Assembly (NCBI GenBank): GCA_043801595.1
Contig: JAZDLW010000013.1
Coordinates: forward strand, 1 to 11,160
Source: Candidatus Aenigmatarchaeota archaeon
GTDB lineage: Archaea > Aenigmatarchaeota > Aenigmatarchaeia > JACPZZ01
Reading direction: 5' to 3'
DNA: 11,160 nt
Part shown: positions 6,858 to 11,160 of the stretch, piece after piece
How the letters are laid out: each line of letters opens with the position of its first letter
Numbering within the stretch: position 1 is the stretch's first letter
Made by a program: the position numbers and the translations under genes
Notes under the pieces: generated by a model
What the model saw: only the letters and a program-made list of their open reading frames with translations
Databases searched by the model: none
What the model was told of the DNA's origin: nothing

Positions 6858-7289
6858 TTAAATATGTGTTTTCACGGTTTTTTGTTCGTCCTTTTCGGTG
6901 ATCTCCAAATAATCGTCGCTCTGTTTTGTCTTTATTTCGACAATCTCCTCGGTCAGGGCGCGCGAAACGCGGTTAACGCGATTTTCCAGTTCAAGTATCT
7001 TCTTTGCCAGCATCTTATGCTGCTCGTCGTCTTCCATTGGCACATTTGTTCCGAGTTTGTTTAATCCTTCCTTGATCCAATGCAACGTCTCAAGTATTTT
7101 TTCGTTGACGCATTTCAATTCCTTGAACGTTACCTCGTCCGCAAGCTTTACGATCCCTGTTGCGATTATCGACGCGCCAATAAGCAGGCCGCTTTTTGCG
7201 CTCAGCGAAGGATTGGCGTAAACGACAAAAGCCACAGAGATTCCGCTCAGTACAAACCACAGCCAAAACAAACGGTCCCACATGCCCAT
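6858..7289 (-). CDS. Hypothetical membrane protein (two N-terminal TM helices plus cytoplasmic coiled coil)
   Basis: Hydrophobic segments LFWLWFVLSGISVAFVVYA and GLLIGASIIATGIV, then heptad-like HKMLAKKILELENRVNRVSRALTEEIVEIK. Start at 7289 or 7283. Confidence 0.8.
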   Translation of the reverse strand: MGMWDRLFWLWFVLSGISVAFVVYANPSLSAKSGLLIGASIIATGIVKLADEVTFKELKCVNEKILETLHWIKEGLNKLGTNVPMEDDEQHKMLAKKILELENRVNRVSRALTEEIVEIKTKQSDDYLEITEKDEQKTVKTHI

Positions 7290-7306
7290 GCTAACAACCT
7301 TTTAAC

Positions 7307-7357
7307 AAAACCCGCCGGACATCGAATTTAACGTTTTCGGCGCATCCGGCATGTTTT
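7307..7357 (-). terminator. Intergenic imperfect stem-loop downstream of rpl11
   Basis: Nested complementary blocks AAAAC/GTTTT, GCCGGA/TCCGGC and CGAA/TTCG; on the minus strand the stem ends in GTTTTGTT. Confidence 0.4.
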
Positions 7358-7385
7358 AAGACGCTGCTAAGAGATTTAATCCTAT

Positions 7386-7880
7386 CTACGCCGGTTTTTT
7401 TCCGAACTTTGCGGAGAATTCGCCAGAATTTATCCTTTTTATTATTTCGCGCGGGTCAACGCCTTCAACAGTAACGCCCATGCTTTTGCACGTTCCAGCG
7501 ACCTGTTTCGAACCGTTTACTACGTCAGAAAAACCTTTGGCATTTGTGATCGAAATAAGCTGGTCTATTGTCAAATTTCCTACAATTTCTTTGCCTTTAA
7601 CCGTAGCTTCGCCCTTTGCGCCAGCCTCGACTTTTATTTCTTTCTTAATCAGCGCCGAAACCGGAGGCGTTCCGACGCTCACAGTAAACTCTTTTGTGTC
7701 AACGTTTATTTCGAGCTTGACAGGAACCTGCATCCCGCCGAACGATTTCGTTTTTTCATTGACAGCGTTCATCACAGCGCCTATGTTAACCTTCATCGGC
7801 CCGAGTTTCTGCGCCAACGCCGGCGTTGGAACAGCTTTGCCGCCTTCAACCATAAATTCCATTTTTTCAGTCTTTGTCAT
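7386..7880 (-). CDS. rpl11: 50S ribosomal protein uL11
   Basis: VEGGKAVPTP, INEKT-like VNEKTKSFGGMQVPVKL, VGTPPVSALIKKE, VGNLTIDQ, GTCKSMGVTVEG; ATG 7880 preferred over GTG 7889. Confidence 0.97.
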   Translation of the reverse strand: MTKTEKMEFMVEGGKAVPTPALAQKLGPMKVNIGAVMNAVNEKTKSFGGMQVPVKLEINVDTKEFTVSVGTPPVSALIKKEIKVEAGAKGEATVKGKEIVGNLTIDQLISITNAKGFSDVVNGSKQVAGTCKSMGVTVEGVDPREIIKRINSGEFSAKFGKKPA

Positions 7881-7901
7881 TCGTATCACTTTGCATCGTA
7901 A

Positions 7902-8501
7902 TTATTTAGGCTTATTTTCGCCCACTTTCTCAAGCACTTTTACAAATTCCATGTTAACTTTCACCGGTATCGGAACCCCAGCCTCTAGCAGTTCTAGTGT
8001 AACCTCGTTCTTCGTTTTATCAACGCGCGCAACGCGCGCTTTGTCGCCCTTGAACGGACTCGTTAAAATTTCTACAATGTCACCTATGTTTAATTCGATA
8101 TTGATGACTTTTGGCTGCAGGAACTGCTGGAGCTTACTGAGATCGACTGGTTTGTTTATCAGACCGCGAACGTGCGGAACGCCCTGTATCGCTTTTTGAA
8201 TTTGCTCCATGTCGCCCTCAACGAAAATATAACCTTTTAATTCGGGCGGATGCATTATCGCCTTTACCGCAATGTTCTGCGCCTTTATCTTAGACGACAG
8301 GAAGTCGATTACAACATTCTCCCTTCCCAGCGTGGTTTTAACAGTGAATATGTTTCCAAATTCAGGCTGCATTTCAACCAGCGCAGGCTTTGGCGCCTCA
8401 ACAACATCCGTGGGTTTATCGGCAGATTCTATGAACGCCTCGACAGCGCTTTTTTCGTTTTCCTGGTTTTTCTCGTTTATTTTATTATTTTCGTCCATCA
8501 T
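7902..8501 (-). CDS. spt5: Transcription elongation factor Spt5 (NusG family), NGN plus KOW
   Basis: IFTVKTTLGRENVV, ELKGYIFVEG, GVPHVRG, GDIVEILTSPFKGDKARV, VTLELLEAGVPIPV. Start at ATG 8501 (TGATG overlap with the secE stop) or 8498, not 8570. Confidence 0.96.
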   Translation of the reverse strand: MMDENNKINEKNQENEKSAVEAFIESADKPTDVVEAPKPALVEMQPEFGNIFTVKTTLGRENVVIDFLSSKIKAQNIAVKAIMHPPELKGYIFVEGDMEQIQKAIQGVPHVRGLINKPVDLSKLQQFLQPKVINIELNIGDIVEILTSPFKGDKARVARVDKTKNEVTLELLEAGVPIPVKVNMEFVKVLEKVGENKPK

Positions 8502-8674
8502 CACACCAGCCTGAACAAAACATATACCAAAAATCCTATAAATCCGATAACAGCTATGCCAGCTCCGCACACTTTGGACGCAGACCAGAACTCATCGCGA
8601 TCCGGTTTTTTGCTGACACTGATAACTCTACGATACTGACTTATCTTGTTTTTAATATCCGACCCTAAACCCAC
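8501..8674 (-). CDS. secE: Protein translocase subunit SecE / Sec61-gamma
   Basis: YRRVISVSKKPDRDEF followed by the TM helix GAGIAVIGFIGFLVYVLF; GTG start at 8674 with GGTGA SD at 8680-8684; canonical position upstream of spt5. Confidence 0.95.
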   Translation of the reverse strand: MGLGSDIKNKISQYRRVISVSKKPDRDEFWSASKVCGAGIAVIGFIGFLVYVLFRLV

Positions 8675-8690
8675 AAATCTCACCAAAAAA

Positions 8691-8758
8691 CGGCTTTAAA
8701 CCAAATTCAATTATGGCGCAGTGTATTTAAAGATGTGTCTTCGGCCGGCTTATAAACC
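8691..8758 (-). promoter_or_regulatory. TATA-like elements upstream of secE-spt5-rpl11
   Basis: Minus strand GGTTTATAAGCCG (8746-8758), TTTAAATA (8724-8731) and GGTTTAAAGCCG (8691-8702). Confidence 0.5.
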
Positions 8759-8877
8759 GTTGCGCAGCCATGAAAAGACCGTCCGAAAAAATACCGTCTG
8801 TTTATTTTTTGTATTTGGTGGATTGCTGGAATAACCAATTGAAATTTTTTCGGAAAGGCAAATTATGATGTTTATCA

Positions 8878-10086
8878 CTAGCAAATACTGGTAACGGATG
8901 TCCCTGTAACGCCGCTTCCACTTCCCGCTATATCTCCGACATATCCGACAAACCCGTCGTTGACCATTATCAGATCGAATTCCGCGCCATTGCCTAGGCC
9001 AAGATCATTTGTGGTCATTCTTATTTTGAACGGGCTGTTTGACGAAGATTGCGTTACTGTAAGATAATAATCGTAGGCATCAAAATTATTGACACCATTC
9101 GAAACATCCGCTATCGACATGACAGTCGTATTTACAGCGAGCACAATATCATCCTTATCGAGCAGCTCCACTTTGCTTAGAGTAAAGTCATCCGTGTCTT
9201 CAGTGTAAGTGCAAATCGCCTGAAGGTCGTTGTCGTAGTCGCCGCCGCTTTTATGTTCTGTACGAATCTTTAGCGTGCTGCCCGCGGTTATCGAGTTTAT
9301 GCAGGCGAATGTTTTTGAACATGGGATCTGCAGTTTCGTTCCCATCAAAATGTCGCCTATGTAAGTTCTCTTGTCATCTCCGTTCACGCTGTAAAGCCAG
9401 AACTGTTGGTCCTGCGGTCTGGTCAATCCTGTGAATGAAAACTCAGCGTAAAAGGGTCCGTTCGACGAAGCCTGCGTTATCGTTAAATCGATAAAACGGT
9501 TCTCTATTTTTGGGACAAGGCTGTCCCCTGTCTGCAACGAGCCGGACCATGACCCGATCGCGTTGCCGTCTTTGTCCCTTATTGTTATTCCGGTCAGTGT
9601 CGGATCGTTGCACCCGGTGCACGTAGGGCCGCCGTTGATGTTGCTCAATCCTGCTCCGCCGTCTTCTGCACAGTCATTGTGCCAGCGGAACCTGACAATG
9701 TCGTTTTGGTCAAATACGGAATTCCACGCGCAAGATGTTTCTATTGTGAAGTCGAAGGACATTGCCGGCGACACGACCTTTCCGCTTATTTTTCCGTAAC
9801 CACGCGGTATTATTTCGAGTATTGCAGCTTTTCCTGCCTGTATTTTTGTCGGATTAGATATGCCCGCGTCGCCTGAACCGGCGAAAAAATCAAGGTTGTT
9901 CGTGTCTATCTCCGTTGTTCCGAGATTTGTAACAATTATTTTATTTCCGTTGATAGGCGTTACTTTGAACGTATTTGACGTTTGCGTTGTTGTTATTCCG
10001 GACAGCCACGTATAGGACGCTCCGATAAGACCTACTGTTATCAGCATAAGTAAAATCAGCGAAACAACGGGCGTTATAGCTTTCAT
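8878..10086 (-). CDS. Archaeal type IV pilin-like protein (class III signal peptide) with two tandem ~140-aa C-terminal domains
   Basis: MKA|ITPVVSLILLMLITVGLIGASYTWLSG matches the archaeal prepilin pattern; pilin-head motifs IVTNLGTTEI and IQAGK; the internal repeat is visible in the protein. Confidence 0.88.
   Translation of the reverse strand: MKAITPVVSLILLMLITVGLIGASYTWLSGITTTQTSNTFKVTPINGNKIIVTNLGTTEIDTNNLDFFAGSGDAGISNPTKIQAGKAAILEIIPRGYGKISGKVVSPAMSFDFTIETSCAWNSVFDQNDIVRFRWHNDCAEDGGAGLSNINGGPTCTGCNDPTLTGITIRDKDGNAIGSWSGSLQTGDSLVPKIENRFIDLTITQASSNGPFYAEFSFTGLTRPQDQQFWLYSVNGDDKRTYIGDILMGTKLQIPCSKTFACINSITAGSTLKIRTEHKSGGDYDNDLQAICTYTEDTDDFTLSKVELLDKDDIVLAVNTTVMSIADVSNGVNNFDAYDYYLTVTQSSSNSPFKIRMTTNDLGLGNGAEFDLIMVNDGFVGYVGDIAGSGSGVTGTSVTSIC
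8881..9732 (-). repeat. Diverged intragenic tandem duplication (aa 119-256 and 262-402)
   Basis: TLTGITIRDKDG/TLSKVELLDKDD, LTITQASSNGPF/LTVTQSSSNSPF, FWLYSVN/FDLIMVN and YIGDI/YVGDI, all at a 139-141 aa offset. Confidence 0.85.
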
Positions 10087-10103
10087 ATATCATATATACG
10101 GTT

Positions 10104-10116
10104 GCGGTATTAAAAA
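10104..10116 (-). promoter_or_regulatory. Putative TATA box for a leaderless pilin-like transcript
   Basis: TTTTTAATACCGC, with the AT-rich core 22-30 nt upstream of ATG 10086; no SD present. The T-run could also terminate ftsZ. Confidence 0.5.
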
Positions 10117-11160
10117 TCAGCTTACAAATTCTATCCCGAGGATTTGTTCAATCTCTTTGCGGTTCTCCTGCACAAACTTTTTGTCAGGCCCGTATATCTG
10201 CGGACTTTTCACACCTGTTATTACAAGCAGCGTGCGCACGACATCGCCCATTTCTTTTACGACCTGCGCGCCCCAGATTATTTTCGCGCCCGGATTCAAC
10301 CGCGACGAGACAGCCTCAACAATTTCCTGACATTCCCTTATTGTCATGTCCGAACCGCCCGCGACGCTAACGAGTGCACCAGTCGCGCCCTGCACATCAA
10401 CGTTTAACAGCGGGTTTGTGAGCGATTTTTCAACAGCCTCTATTGCGCGGTTCTCGGAATCCGACTCTCCCATTCCAATCATCGCAAGCCCGCCCGACGC
10501 CATCACAGCGCGTATGTCCGCGAAATCGAGGTTAACCAGACCTGGGCGTGTAACCAGTTCGGCAATACCTTTCACAGCATTCACAAGAATTTCATCTGCG
10601 ACTTTGAACGCTGTTGTTATCGAAACATCAGGAACTATTTCAAGCAGTTTGTCGTTCGGAATAACGATCAACGTATCAACAACAGATTCAAGATTTTCCA
10701 ATCCTTCTTTTGCGTTGTTCATCCTGTGCTCGCCTTCCATCGAGAACGGAAGCGTTACGATCGCAACGGTCAGCGCGCCTATTTTTTTTGCGACATCGGC
10801 AACAATAGGACTCGCGCCGGTTCCAGTCCCGCCGCCGAGACCGCACGTTATGAAAACCATGTCTGCGCCGTCAAGAGCCTTTTTAATATCGTCTTTGTTT
10901 TCTTTAGCAGCTTCCGCGCCGACTTTCGGGTTCGCTCCGGCTCCGAGGCCTTGGCTGACTTCTTTGCCAATAAGGACTTTCGCATCCGAGTCTGTGTAAA
11001 GAAGGTCCTGCGCATCGGTATTAATAGCAACCGTCTCGCAGCCGGTTATTCCGATCTGCATTATTCTTGAAATGGTATTTCCGCCCGCCCCGCCCACACC
11101 CACGACCTTTATGTCGGATTTTCTGGAATCGATGATCCTTCTCAACTCGTCATCGACGTC
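10117..11160 (-). CDS. ftsZ: Cell division protein FtsZ (FtsZ1-type by synteny); 5' end outside the window
   Basis: VVGVGGAGGNT, AINTDAQDL, GLGAGANP, GLGGGTGTG tubulin signature, GLVNLDFAD. The frame stays open past TTG 11145 to the edge (DVDDELRRII). Confidence 0.98.
   Translation of the reverse strand, partial: DVDDELRRIIDSRKSDIKVVGVGGAGGNTISRIMQIGITGCETVAINTDAQDLLYTDSDAKVLIGKEVSQGLGAGANPKVGAEAAKENKDDIKKALDGADMVFITCGLGGGTGTGASPIVADVAKKIGALTVAIVTLPFSMEGEHRMNNAKEGLENLESVVDTLIVIPNDKLLEIVPDVSITTAFKVADEILVNAVKGIAELVTRPGLVNLDFADIRAVMASGGLAMIGMGESDSENRAIEAVEKSLTNPLLNVDVQGATGALVSVAGGSDMTIRECQEIVEAVSSRLNPGAKIIWGAQVVKEMGDVVRTLLVITGVKSPQIYGPDKKFVQENRKEIEQILGIEFVS

Noticed and set aside
7480..8199. 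239-aa plus-strand ORF spanning rpl11 and spt5
   Set aside because: Antisense mirror of two in-phase conserved genes, with the Ser/Phe/Thr-rich composition typical of shadow frames.
8502..8570. Extended Spt5 start at 8570 in the ORF track
   Set aside because: It would overlap the secE TM-coding region by about 70 nt; ATG 8501/8498 fits translational coupling.
8770..8835. 21-codon plus-strand ORF MKRPSEKIPSVYFFVFGGLLE
   Set aside because: Too short, opposite to all neighbours, no SD or other support.
10346..10999. 217-aa plus-strand ORF opposite ftsZ
   Set aside because: Antisense shadow of ftsZ.
1..11160. tRNA, rRNA, CRISPR array or IS element
   Set aside because: Intergenic gaps are about 200 nt or less, with no cloverleaf, regularly spaced repeats or transposase found by eye.

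Overview
Archaeal chromosomal segment, most likely DPANN (inferred from gene style, not provable here). All credible genes are on the minus strand. It carries the conserved ftsZ-secE-spt5(nusG)-rpl11-rpl1-rpl10(P0)-rpl12(P1) cluster followed by a full-length archaeal alanyl-tRNA synthetase. Accessory genes interrupt the cluster: a 402-aa type IV pilin-like protein with a tandemly duplicated C-terminal domain (between ftsZ and secE), a 2-TM/coiled-coil protein (between rpl11 and rpl1), a degenerate MazG-like protein (between rpl10 and rpl12), and two NUDIX hydrolases flanking a zinc-ribbon protein (between rpl12 and alaS). A second pilin-like gene, absent from the ORF track because it runs off the left edge (627 to <1), shares the same N-terminus but carries a LamG-like domain. 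Its codon and CpG composition changes abruptly at the conserved FDGxxDYV motif, which suggests a swappable adhesin segment. No tRNA, rRNA, CRISPR array or transposase was seen.
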